DNA of 64,000 nucleotides from Octopus vulgaris (Eukaryota): NCBI GenBank assembly GCA_951406725.2, contig OX597816.1, positions 35,340,001 to 35,404,000 of the forward strand, read 5' to 3'. Shown piece by piece: positions 25,513 to 37,760 of this stretch (position 1 is its first letter; each line of letters starts with the position of its first letter). The notes under the pieces were generated by a model. It saw only the letters and a program-made list of their open reading frames with translations, ran no database searches and was not told where the DNA came from. The position numbers and the translations under genes were made by a program.

Positions 25513-25887
25513 TCAGGAATTCTCTAAGACAGCGTCATTACAATAACTTGCAAATCGATCTCTCTGTATACACAAACATTTTATAAATGTGTTGGTTTCT
25601 TCAAAGAATTGACAATGCTGCCGATTACAAGATGTATAGCCCATCTTGCATTCTATATCACATCATCGACAAAGATTTTCTTTGTTTTTCCTGAATAAAT
25701 ACGGAAGACGGATCTAATATTTTTGCAACGAAATTTGAGTAAGAAATATTTAAGACTTTACAAATTGTATATTTATTCGTTTCAATCTACCGTAGACAAA
25801 ATTATTAATGAGTTGATAAGATTCTCCTACTTGTGAATAAAGCAATATCTCACCATGTAACATGACGATGATAAAAGAATATACCAT
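25513..25887 (-). pseudogene. Small secreted cysteine-rich peptide gene, copy 1 (disrupted)
   Basis: Acceptor ttttaaacacag|aATG; exon 25887-25791 MVYSFIIVMLHGEILLYSQVGESYQLINNFVY; GT..AG intron 25790-25691; exon 2 GKTKKIFVD(frameshift)CDIECKMGYTSCNRQHC..IKCLCIQRDRFASYC..stop at 25513. Confidence 0.5.
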
Positions 25888-26060
25888 TCTGTGTTTAAAA
25901 TATAAAACAACCTATTACGAAAATATAAAATATGAATTGTTCGAGAAAATCAGACCCAATTATATAAGGTTGACGATGAAGTAGTGAAACTATTTAACGT
26001 ACTAAATTACCTAATAAAACACCGAAACCATTTCCCATAGAAATATTTAGCTATCGGTGT

Positions 26061-26443
26061 TCAAGAAACATTATCAAATATCAGACATACTTGTAATGTT
26101 TTGAAGCAATAATGAAAACTAAATTCCTTGGAAGCATAGCCACGATTTACTTGTAAATTGTTTATGCATTTGGGTGAGTTCCTATAATTTTATTTCCTGA
26201 ATGCAAAATAGCTCTATAATTAAGAAATAGTTTTCGCTATTTTCCTGAGGGAAAAAAAACCAAAACCTATCATTTATAGTACAAGACATCAAATAAACTT
26301 GTTCGCTAATCAACTAATAGATATTAAATCAATGTAGCTTTTTTTCTTAAAGCAAGTCATGAATACCTAGCATTTATTTATAAACGAAAGACTCTGAAGA
26401 TATAGATAGGCCTAACAAAACAGAAAATTACCGAGACTTATGT
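26061..26443 (-). pseudogene. Small secreted cysteine-rich peptide gene, copy 2 (disrupted)
   Basis: Exon 26443-26367 ..FSVLLGLSISSESFVY..; phase-1 intron 26366-26245 with strong acceptor ttttttttccctcag; exon 2 begins GK*RKLF and later reads KCINNLQV..HYCFKTLQVCL. Confidence 0.42.
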
Positions 26444-26690
26444 CTTTTTAAATATGAAGGCAAAGCTGCGTGTGCCTATGTATATATTTAGCACATCATA
26501 AAATTTGAACAGCCATGTGTCGGCGACTATAAATAGCTAAAACTACGCATTCATCTGCAGCTGATTATATAACAGAATATGACTGCGTATATAGCTGTAT
26601 GCACAAACACACACGTAATGACACATGAAAGTTTATCCTCATACTCACAAAATTATATACATATATGCATATATCTTAGTCGGCAAGTTA

Positions 26691-27076
26691 TTAAATATTA
26701 TTGACTAAAAGTACCATAAGAAGATCGATATCCTTGAAAGTTAGTAAAATAGCCTCGAGAATAAAAATACGTATAATTTGAAGAAGTGAGGAAAATATGA
26801 ACAACTTATATATGATATCACGATAGTCATTCCTTAAAGAATGTTGATACTTATAGAAGCACTTGGAATCAAAGAGCTTACTTTTGCCATGCTTACATCC
26901 ACTTGTGATTCCTTATTGCAAATATTGTTAGCAATATTATTAATAATGCTAGTAATAATGATATCTACCTGAGACAAAGTTATTGTCGAGGAGAATTAGA
27001 TAGACGAATGTCGATCATCTGAAGTACATTGATAAAACAAGCAAAATGACCAAAAACTGCCATAACACTCAACTCA
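26691..27076 (-). pseudogene. Small secreted cysteine-rich peptide gene, copy 3 (disrupted)
   Basis: Exon 27076-26969 LWQFLVILLVLSMYFR*STFVYLILLDNNFVS; donor G|GTAGAT identical to copy 1; 57-nt intron with TGCTAAC branch-like site; exon 2 GITSGCKHGKSKLFDSKCFYKYQHSLRNDY. Confidence 0.45.
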
Positions 27077-27599
27077 CTAATTGAAAATTCTAGACTTTCT
27101 CATTTATTAGTCTACCCCTTTCTGTCAATAGACAGATAAGAGGTGGCAATACCCATAACTTATTCCCATAATATTAACGATCCCATATACTAGCAACAGT
27201 TGTAAGTCTCCTATAAAGGGTTAATTGTCATATGATGTTATTAAACTGGATGGCGGGATAATTTTACTCTTCAATCATAGCAATAAGTCTTCTCTCACCG
27301 TCCATATAAAACCTTTTTCACGTGCTACCCATTAGGAGTCATTTCGAAAGAAGATACACCTTTTTAAACACGGTCACAATGCCAACAACAAATGGAATGT
27401 AAATTTAAGGAAATACAAATCAACGCGAAGAAAGCACAATAAATAAAACTGCATGATTTACAGCTAACGGTTCGATTAGAATATGATTTCGAAAGATGAA
27501 AACAGAAAATAAATAAGTTAAACGTGTTACCAATAAAATAATAAGGGAAATCAAAGAATCTGAGAAAACCATATCTGACTCAGAAAGCAGGTAAATCAA

Positions 27600-27760
27600 T
27601 TACATCTACTCTAGAGCTCAACTAGCACTTATTTTATGGGACACGGAAAGATGAAGGGTAACGTCAATTTCGGTGGAATTTGAAATCACAACGTAAAGAT
27701 TGACAAAATGTCGCTAAACCTTTTCCGGCGTGCAAACGATTCTGATGGTTTTCAGCCTTA
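27600..27760 (-). mobile_element. Degenerate SINE type B
   Basis: GAAAGATGAAGGG..GTC..CGGTGGAATTTGAA.TCA.AACGTAAAG..CCGGCGTGC.AACG similar to 58256-58479. Confidence 0.6.
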
Positions 27761-28201
27761 CTACTAGAACAATATTCATTGCTATCATTGGTACTGTAAA
27801 GTTGCCACAATCCAAAGGTCATATATATAAATATAACTGTGCATAATGTTTATTGATTTTCATATAGTCCCGACAAATGAAGTTATTGAGTCAAAACTGA
27901 TCTTTTCGTATAAAAGAAACAAACAAACAAAAACTGTGTGTGATAATCTGATAATTTACTTAACTGGGTTTCATGGTTCACAGTTTCCAACGTCGAAAAC
28001 GCATGCATCCTTATCGAAATTATTATATTATTCACTGTTAGGTGATGTGTTAAGAAACCAGTTTTCTCGAATCTAAGTGGGAGATGAATTTCGAAATAAA
28101 TATGAAACTGAAGGAAATAGTTAAAATTTGAAGCAACATCATTCAACATTGCTTCGTTCTTTTACGTGAAACTACATCTAAAGAATATTACTAGTATTTT
28201 T

Positions 28202-28627
28202 GGATCTTTTCGGTTTGAACGGCAGTTTTTAACATAATTTCTACGTAACTAAAAAATGTTAAACTTCGTATACTGGTAGAATGTGTTTATAAAACATCTT
28301 TTTCTCTTGGCTTTATTGAGAAAATTCTATAGTTTGTAAGATATTTCTTGTTTTTTTCTTCATTTTCTGCAATTTCAACCAATCAGTGACGTCTATTAAG
28401 GTAGAATGCATTCTGTGCCGTATGAATATGTCTCTCGTTTAAGAAACAGATTGGGTTTATTTACATTTGCGAAGAAAAAAAGATAACCTTCCGCCCACCT
28501 CTAACCCTAACTAACTCTAACCCTAAAACAGATTGAAATGCAATAGATCGATACTAGGGTCATAATTATGGGTGACAATTTCATATGACACCGATAGAAA
28601 AAACTGCCGTTCAAACCGAAATATTCC
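28202..28627. mobile_element. MITE with ~29-bp TIRs and near-perfect 8-bp TSD (Merlin-like by TIR/TSD signature)
   Basis: GGATCTTTTCGGTTTGAACGGCAGTTTTT ... AAAAACTGCCGTTCAAACCGAAATATTCC; flanks GTATTTTT / GTATCTTT; internal CCCTAA repeats at 28500-28526. Confidence 0.8.
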
Positions 28628-28944
28628 GTATCTTTGAGTGCAATTCGATGTTTAACGCAATGATTTTTTTACAGAATAGAGGGGGAAGAAGCATCTGCAT
28701 ACATATTCGTAGTCTTAGTTTGTGTAACAAGTAAAAGCTAATTGATGCTGATACCGTGTCGCAACCCATTTAAGGTAATTAAAATAATATTTCTGCTGTA
28801 AATAATTTATGAACTTTTTTTTAATTTGCCATTTTGAATATTAAGCGTGTGTTCCATTGAACGGTCGTCAACCTGGTTTTATTAATGAATTATTAAAAAG
28901 AAATGAGACGAAAAATCGGTTGTAAATAACGTAGTGTACAGAGC

Positions 28945-29290
28945 GGTCATAGGATCGCGGTTTCGATTCCCAGACCGGACGTTGTAAGTGTTTATTGAGC
29001 GAAAACACCTAAAGCTCCACGAGGCTCCGGCAGGGGATGGTGGTGATCCCTGCTGTACTCTTTCACCAGAACTTTCTCTCACTCTTACTTCCTGTTTCTG
29101 TTGTACCTGTATTTCAAGGGGCCGGCCTTGTCACTCTCTGTGTCACGCTGAATATCCCCGAGAACTACGTTAAGGGTGCACGTGTCTGTGGAGTGCTCAG
29201 CCATTTACACGTTAATTTCACGAGCAGGGTGTTCCGTTAATTCGGATCAACCGGAACCCTCATCGTCGTAACCGACGGAGTGCTTCCATC
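28945..29290 (+). mobile_element. tRNA-derived SINE type C (5'-truncated)
   Basis: B-box GGTTTCGATTCC; shares about 150 bp of head with the minus-strand copy at 34167-34466. Confidence 0.75.
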
Positions 29291-30023
29291 CATATTGATA
29301 TAAAGTTTTTACCTTTACGCTTTAGTTATTGTTTTTTGCTATTCCTAAGTATAATATGTTATTCAGTCCAGTAAGAAGACTTAGTCAATGAGTCCGATCT
29401 AATTTAAGCCGGTAGATAGCATGCTGATTTTTTTGGTTTAGTCTGCATAAATAATGATCCAACTGATTTATATTGCACTATGCTCCTACATTGCAGTATT
29501 TATCTAACAATCAGGTCATAGAGTACGAAAGTGTAAGTTGGACTCCAGCATCTTATGTGTCTCTCCGCTTTTTGACTTTGCTACAGTTAATTTAAGGAAT
29601 TTTGCCGGTTTTCTTTTTTCAGCAGTCTATGGAACCAAAAAGATGTTTTCGTTGTTGACTTTTCCTGGTTTAGTACAGCATATAGGAAATTATTTTAATA
29701 TTATTTTAATGAAGCTTGCTTCCATTTAATTGATTAAGTCACAAAATATTTCGTCCAAAACACATATGCAGAAACATTTACTAATATATGCATGGTCGAA
29801 ACATCAGTGAATGATTATGCCCGAATTATACCCTACCTAGATTAGCTTATATAGCAAAGTGATGAGCAACTGAGAAAGGCATGACAGTAGCTATGTAAAG
29901 AACTTGAACTTCTAAACAGTTTATTGTACGATTGTTTAAATATGTACATACATGCATGCAGATGAAACTAAATTCTAATTTGCCTGGTTTGATAGGAATA
30001 TAAAGTTACGCGTCATACGTGCG

Positions 30024-30069
<46 letters not shown>

Positions 30070-30072
<3 letters not shown>

Positions 30073-30215
30073 TATTTCCTTGTATTCCTTTCAGTTGAAG
30101 AGCGAAAGCTCGAAACGTAAAATACTTTCTCACCTTCGCGAGCGTCAAACTCATACACCTACTTATTGTTTATACACCCGTCTTCGTCTTGTGTTCTCCG
30201 GTAAATTTTAACTAT
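30070..30215 (+). mobile_element. Short repeat inserted in (TA)n with a minimal hammerhead-like motif; probably a Penelope terminal-repeat derivative
   Basis: TTGAAGA-GCGAAAGCTC-GAAA-CG-TA at 30095-30119; flanked by TA runs. Confidence 0.4.
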
Positions 30216-30250
30216 ATATGTATGTATGTGTCTGGGTATCATGTATACAC

Positions 30251-30329
<79 letters not shown>

Positions 30330-30876
30330 TATATATATTTCTCACGCGTTCATGCGTTTAGTAACGTACCAACTCATTATAAAGAGTTATCCTTCCGAAT
30401 GCATACAAAGTGTTTCCTTTTAAATCAACGCTTAATTTCCTTCTTACATTTTCGATGATTATGTATTGCAAACGAATGCATGCATGTTTTAAATTTATAG
30501 AAATTTTATGAGGTACTCAACTTAATCTTTGATCTAACATGCTGTAATTTTGTCTACGGTAAATGCATTTCCTCGTAACTTGTGTTAGATTCTAATATAA
30601 TTACCTGGTGAAAAAGTATACTTTCCGATATAAATGTCATTCATACGATGGTTTGTGCAATATGTTTTTACATACGTTGTGAATGTTGAGAATAAAGTAT
30701 GGCATATTTCCTTCACTGTACTTGTAGACATATACGTCCATGCACACATATGTATGCGCTATGGATTTTGGCATATATGTATATACATACACACACAAAA
30801 ATACACACACACATGTATGTATATATATGTATGTGGGGGGGGGCGTATAAACTTATAAAGAGAAAAAGAGAAAGAA

Positions 30877-31170
<294 letters not shown>

Positions 31171-31664
31171 AGGCAAACACTTATACCATCTACATTCGGT
31201 TAAATTTTGTTGTTGTTTCGACATATGGGTTTAAGTGTATGTATTCATATATATGCTGATTTATTTGTTGTGGTTGGAACAAATTACATTAATAGCTATG
31301 TCTTCACTCTTTATAATATTTGTTGAGAACTACGTTGCCTACATAGTTACAAGGAATCTTAACACGTCTCAAGCATCAAAGATGGCAAGATCACGAGCTA
31401 AGTCACGAGCAGTGAAAAACAAAGAATTTATCCTCTGTATTCTACTCTCATTAATTTTTCTCTCTCTGAAGCCGATCTTTGTACAAAACTTTAGATTACA
31501 CAATCTCTCCAACAGGTTCATTGTACGCATATTGCAGATATTATTAATTAAATGATGCAAGACATAGCAACATATGTTCATGCGAATCTCAATGGAGACA
31601 TCTTGACAGATTCTCTCTCTCCCTCACTCACTCTCTCCCTGTATGTATATATTTATACATACAT

Positions 31665-31742
31665 AGTCGATTTGCTCGACTAAAGGCGATGATCCAGCAT
31701 CGCCGCAGTCAAATGACTGAAACAAGTAAAAGAGTAAAAGAA
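31665..31742 (+). mobile_element. SINE type A 3' end fragment
   Basis: GTCGATTTGCTCGACTAAAGGCG..CAAATGACTGAAACAAGTAAAAGAGTAAAAGA. Confidence 0.85.
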
Positions 31743-32180
31743 TATATATATATATATATATATATTTATTTATTTATCTGTAGTATACATTTGAATCAAA
31801 GTATTTTGATATTCAAAATTCGGATATATTCATAGACGTAGATAAGCAGGTACTTAAACACATCACAATACACATACATGTACATGAAATGGTATACCCA
31901 AAAACAGCGACATGCAGTTTCATAATTCAATGGAAGTCCGAGAACAAACGTAGGGAAACTTCCAGACATGGTGTTTAAATAAAGAACACAAATGGGTTAA
32001 TACCCACATAGCTTTTAACGATTTTTTTATTGATCAACTAGCAGATCCTCTGGTTTAAAATTGCATAGTTTTTTATTCCTTTACTTGCTTCGATTATGTG
32101 ACTGAGGCCATGCATTTAGGCGAAGGATTCGACCCAATAATTTAGGCTTTGTTACCCTAGTACATATTCTATCGGCATAT

Positions 32181-32227
<47 letters not shown>

Positions 32228-32388
32228 ATATATTTATATATATTTATGTACATACATATATACACACATATACATACATATATACATATATACACATACG
32301 TCTATACATATAAATGCATGTATATACGTTTTTACATCATATATATATGTACATATATATATGTATGTATGTATGCATGCATGTATGC

Positions 32389-32427
<39 letters not shown>

Positions 32428-32504
32428 TAAATGAAATAAAACATATGCATATATATAAACATATATGTACGTACCTACCTCTACATGTACATATACACGC
32501 ATAT

Positions 32505-32780
32505 ATGAGTACAGGACACCAAAGGGACGTCGAACACAAAGAGAAACGAAAACATAGACACAAACCAAAGGAACTGGACATTTTTTTTAAAAACAACAAA
32601 AAATAGAGTACAGGACAATTAACACAACGAAAAAACCCCTTCTTCAGTCGCTAAGGTTTCATCTACTCTACGATTCGAAGGATAAAAGCGAGACGTATCT
32701 TCGACAAGAAACTTTCCTTCCTGCGGAAAGCAAATCAATTAAAATTCTGAGATCTTTTCGCAGAGGGGTACAAAATAGTT
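32505..32780 (-). repeat. Unclassified interspersed repeat, related to 39640-39860 (+)
   Basis: Reverse complement has the order TTTGC..GCAGGAAGG..GAAGAAGGGG..TGTCCTGTACTC..AAAAAATGT..TGTTCG..TGTCCTGTAC also seen at 39.65-39.88 kb. Confidence 0.5.
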
Positions 32781-32789
32781 AAAAAAATG

Positions 32790-32831
<42 letters not shown>

Positions 32832-32832
<1 letters not shown>

Positions 32833-33122
32833 TACTAGTTTCAGTATCAATAGTGAAACTATTAAACCTGAAAATATAATCTCATTAAAATAGAGATGTT
32901 TCACTTTTGGCGCGTAATACGTAAAGAGATTCCGAGATAAGAAATAACTCCGGGCTCGTTTTACCAAGTATTTGAAAAGTTCTCTGGTCCATGACATTGC
33001 AGGGACCCTCAGTAATTCATGTGTTAAATTTGAATGAAATCGGTTGGGAATTTCTCGAGTTTAATGATGCATACATAGGCAAAAATACTGACACACGTGT
33101 TCAGTTTTATGTACGTATAGAT
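32832..33122 (+). mobile_element. Helentron/HINE-like non-autonomous element
   Basis: Starts ATACTAG after a TA run; subterminal AAATTTGAATGAAATCGG..TTCTCGAG; ends CAGTTTTAT..ATAGAT like 53264-53657. Confidence 0.55.
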
Positions 33123-34166
33123 ATTTCGATTACTTCTTGTTAACCGCTTTCTTCAGCCGAATTAAAATTTACAATTTGGTTCGAAATAAAAAACACCAGA
33201 TATGGAATGTGGATTTGTACCCTCATTTCTGCAGCTGATAAGAGAGTGAAGACAGGCAGAGGGTTAGTTAGATTTCAAATATCTATTAGCCAAAGATTAA
33301 TCAACAGGTAATGCTACATTAAAATAATTCCTTTAAAGAGACGGCTATTAATAGATGATAAGAGGAAGACAGAGAGGAAACAATAGGGAGGAGAGGTGAT
33401 GAGAGGTAGACGACGATATATACATATATAAGAATAATTATTCATGTAAATACATACTTATATTGATGTATAAATTAATGTTGCTGTTTTATGTTCAGTT
33501 ATAATAAAAGCAAGTTTACATTAATGTAAGTGCATACTCTATACGTTTGTAGACTACAAGTTCATTATTTTTAAATAAGAATATGGTTGACAGTTAACAG
33601 CAGCTTGGCGTACCTGAATAATGATACCTTCTTTCCAAATAAACACCAGAGCTACTCTTAATAGCAAAAGTAAAGAAACTGAACAGTAAATTATTTATGA
33701 AAGTCTAAAAAGCCCCATTATCAAAACAGATTTACATACCCAATTAATAGATTTTCCAATACTGGACATTGAACCTTTGACATTACATTGCCAAAGGATC
33801 AAATCCAATAAAATCAAAAATAACTAAAATTAAAAATTACTAAAACGACTGACCTGCCAAAGGGGACACACCTAAAAATGCACACCTGTTTACAAATTTC
33901 TACATAGATTAATGAATTCCAAACAATAATATAACCCAAATTTAATGAATATTTCTCGAAAACACCCCCCCCCACCGAGAGCAACTCACATTAGAACCGA
34001 ATTGCACTCAAACCTACACACTCAAGGAAGATTTAAACACAACAATGATTATATAAAGGCAAGGGTAACTTCAGTGCATCGCTCGACAGAGTCTTAACTG
34101 GCCGAAACTTCGAACTCACCGTCAATGTTTAAGAATACTATATATATATATATATATATATATATG

Positions 34167-34463
34167 ACGTGACGTGACCGACCAGACCATCAAGATGTTT
34201 TACACATCGCTGGTCACAATGCGTTCGCATTGTTTTAGCCTTCGAATGACGCCACCCCGCTGGCTAAGCAAGCAGGCCAACAGAAGAAATAGTGAAAGAA
34301 AGAGTGATGAAAGAGTACAGCAGGGATCACCGCCCCCTGACGGAGCCTCGGGGAGCTTTTAGGTGTTTTCGCTCAATAAACACTCACAACGCCCGGTCTG
34401 GGAATCGAAACCGCGATCCTACGACCCTGAGTCCGCTGCCCTAACCACTAGGCCATTGCGCCT

Positions 34464-34466
<3 letters not shown>
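34167..34466 (-). mobile_element. Full-length tRNA-derived SINE type C variant
   Basis: Minus strand GGAGGCGCAATGGCCTAGTGG (A box) ... GGTTTCGATTCC (B box); tail ends in GTCAC repeats. Confidence 0.8.
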
Positions 34467-34507
<41 letters not shown>

Positions 34508-34596
34508 TTATATATATATGTAATAATATATATATATATATGTATGTATGTGTATATATGTATATATATATAAATAAAATATATATATATATATAT

Positions 34597-34627
<31 letters not shown>

Positions 34628-36321
34628 CATACATACATACATAAATACATACATACATACAAACATACATACGCACACATACTATCGTATTTATGTAAAT
34701 ATTTGTGTATCATGTATTTAACTATTGATAAACAGATGGAAAGAAAACAAAGAAAGCAATATTGGTTTCGAACTTTGGCACAAGGTTTGGAATTTTGCGG
34801 GTGGGGGTTAAGTCGATTAAACTGACTACAGTAATCAATTAGTATTTATTTTATCGATCCGGAACGAATGATAGGCAGTTTTTTTTTTTCTTAGGTAGTT
34901 GTAATTAATGAAGTTAAATATATCGCATTGTTTTTCTGCAGTTCAAACCAGAATGGTAAAAAAGTTCTCCCCGGAAGTGTAGACGAAATTGATTTGATGT
35001 TCAATCGTCAAATTTACAAAAGTTAATCAACGAAAAAACCGTGATCATACACAATTCCGTGTGTTTAAAGCAAAAAAAAAAAAACGGGATATTAAATAAT
35101 ATATCTGACCAAGAATCGTATTCTGTTATAATTCGGGTATGTCTCATCTGAGATGAGGCAATTACGATAAAAAATATTACATTCTATGATTCGGTTATCC
35201 TTGAGTTATTTAGTGTCTATTGCTAAAGGATATCGAAAATTTTTCTCACTGTAAATAAACATTAAAATACCTTTCATTCCACAGACAGAAGAGAAAAGAA
35301 GCCAGTATAATAGATCATTTTTTTTTTACTTATAAACAACCATTTTTAAAATTTTGTCTGCACACATATTAACAGCATTACGTAATGATATTGGAAATAT
35401 TGGTGCAATTTCGGCCATTATTAAAACAAAGCAAAATGTCTCATCCACGGGGAAAATAATTTAACAACGCAGGATAATAATAACTATATTCCAAATTACG
35501 TCAGTTTTCATAAATATCTCGCAAATAAATTTGTCTAATTTGTAAATCTATATGACTTACAATATATTTCGACATGACAGCAATTATTCAGTGGAATTAC
35601 GCCCCTACGAAAAGTACTATCTTCTTTGCTAATTTGTACATATGGGAAAAGTTTTTGAAAACATATTTAGCTAACTTAGGTATCGGAAATGAATGTTAAC
35701 GGCACTATTGCCCTGATATCTCTAACGTCAATTCTACATTTCTTTACTGTTTAATATGGCTAAACTCTACCAAAAAGCCATATCCAAGCTCCTACATACG
35801 AGGGAAAGGGAGCAAACTATATTTTAAAATTATATATATGGCTACCAGTATTATGACCTTTATTCAGACTTTATTGGACTTTATTTGGATATGCGCGAGA
35901 TATCCAAATAAAACGGATTCTTCTTTCAGTCGGAAACATGAAATTTAAGATTGTGCTCTTGTTTAGGAAGTCATGAACTGTTAATGAAATCATATTGAAA
36001 ATTAATTAGGTTTATGAAAGATTTCCGTTGAGACACACTAGAGGTATTTTGTTCTAAATTGAAACGGAATTATATTCTAAAATGCTACATAGATATACAC
36101 AGATAACTAGTAATAGGAGCAAATGTAATCTGCAAGGCGAGAATACTGCAACAAAGTTAAAATCCAGTTGTTCTTCAATAAAGTTGAAAGATCAAGCCTC
36201 TATCAAAGCATACAAGTTATCTAAGGATAGCGTTATAAATATAGGCTGAGTAATACTCAACAGTGCCGTAACTTTTGCAAACTGATCGGTCAAACGCGTT
36301 GTCCACAACAGAAGAATTAAA

Positions 36322-36465
36322 TACTAGCAGGACCCGTGGTAATTCCATGATCTAAGGCTACACATCTGAAAAGTTTATGTTCGTATATTAGACTCGAGCA
36401 AGGAGTTTGAAAAAGTACTTTTGATACACTGACATTTAATAACATCTGTGCTTTTAAATATATAA
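36322..36465 (+). mobile_element. Short HINE-like remnant
   Basis: TACTAGCAGGACCCG start and GCTTTTAAATATATAAG end. Confidence 0.4.
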
Positions 36466-36790
36466 GTAAATGAATTTCGAATGTACAGCATATTTAATAC
36501 GAATGGCAGATATGAAGTGCTTTTGAGTTTAAGGAAATAGGAAATTAATTACAACGATACAAATATAACATTTATTCACATATATTGAATAAAAGTTTAT
36601 GATTTACAATCTTTATTGCATATTTATGAAGTAAATAAATAAATATAACCAATATTTCATATGGTTATGATATGTACATACGGTAGAAACATGAGCTTAT
36701 TCACTGAATTAGATACAAACATCTTACATTACAAAAGGTACTGCACAAAATGTATGTGACATACGTATATAAACGGAAATGCAAAACATA

Positions 36791-37390
36791 AGGCGGCGAG
36801 CTGGCAGAGACGTTAGCACGCCAGGGCGGAATGCTTAGCGCTATTTCGTCTGCTGCTATGTTCCGAGTTCAAATTCCGCCGAGGTCGACTTTGCCTTTCA
36901 TCCTACCGGGGTCGATAAATTAAGTACCAGTTACGCACTGGGGTCGATATAATCGACTTAATCCCTTTGCCTGCCCTTGTTTGTCCCCTCTGTGTTTAGC
37001 CCTTTGTGGGTAGTAAAGAAATAGGTATTTCGTCTGCCGTTACGTCCTGATATCCAATTCCGTCGAGGTCGACTTTGCCTTTCATCATTTTTGGGTCGAT
37101 TAAATAAGTACCAATAACGTACTGGGGTCGATGTAATCTCTTTGTCTCTCCTTCTTTGTCCCCTCTGTGTTTAGCCCCTTGTTGGCAATAAAGAAATAAG
37201 AAACGTTAGCACGCCGGGCGTAATGCTTAGCCGTATTTCGTCTGTCTTTATGTTCTGAGTTCAATTTCCGTCGATTTTGCCTTTCATCCTTTAGAAGTCG
37301 AGGAATTAAGTATTAGTTGCATACTGGAGTCGATCTAATCGACCGGCCTCCTCTCTCAAAATACCGGGCCTTGTACCTTGAGTAGAAAAA
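36791..37390 (+). mobile_element. SINE type B head-to-tail trimer
   Basis: Three units with GTT(C)TGAGTTCAAATTCC B-box-like motif and GTCGACTTTGCCTTTCATCC..GGTCGAT core; units 2 and 3 are 5'-truncated and unit 3 has a different tail. Confidence 0.88.
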
Positions 37391-37563
37391 GAAAAAGACA
37401 AAGACAAAATTTGAACTAGTTTAAACGTGTATGAAATATGCACTGTACGTATTGTCAGAAAATACTTTACAAATAGCTTGAACTGGATGTTATATGAATG
37501 ACGTACGTATTAGATGGGATTGATAAAAATTTAGATTTACTCACTCAACATTTCCTTATACAG

Positions 37564-37760
37564 AATGTTTTTGTAAAGGATTTACATTTTTGTTTGCCTT
37601 GTCAGTTGCTTTCAACTGCTCTTACTGCAATATCAGACAATTTCTTGGCACTAGAAAATGCCACGTGGCTGAACACAAGATGTGGCAAATATATTCCAGT
37701 TTTGTTAAAATGTTTGTTCCTGTGCTTCATTTATTGTCAAATAATAGGAGGGATTTACAG
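37564..37760 (+). pseudogene. Candidate exon of a secreted Cys-rich peptide (disrupted)
   Basis: ccttatacag|aATG; removing one T from a T-run gives MFCKGFTFLFALSVAFNCSYC..; later LKCLFLCFIYC; donor CAG|GTAACT at 37760. Confidence 0.3.

Noticed and set aside
25660-25670. C-R-TGA-C as a selenocysteine motif in the Cys-rich exon
   Set aside because: The paralogous GK..K(I/L)F start lies in another frame, so a 1-nt deletion explains it; no SECIS was recognised.
33440-34130. Possible Penelope 3' end or terminal repeat (also 200-345 and 38560-38900)
   Set aside because: Composition is suggestive but no diagnostic motif could be read with confidence.
34380-34466. tRNA gene calls from A/B-box sequences (also 25026, 40090-40170, 54009)
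   Set aside because: They are SINE heads or MITE cargo without a complete cloverleaf.
36791-37390. Repeat-spacer (CRISPR-like) appearance of recurring GGGGTCGAT/TCGAC motifs
   Set aside because: Whole ~200-bp units repeat (SINE multimer); there are no unique spacers or cas genes, and the context is eukaryotic.
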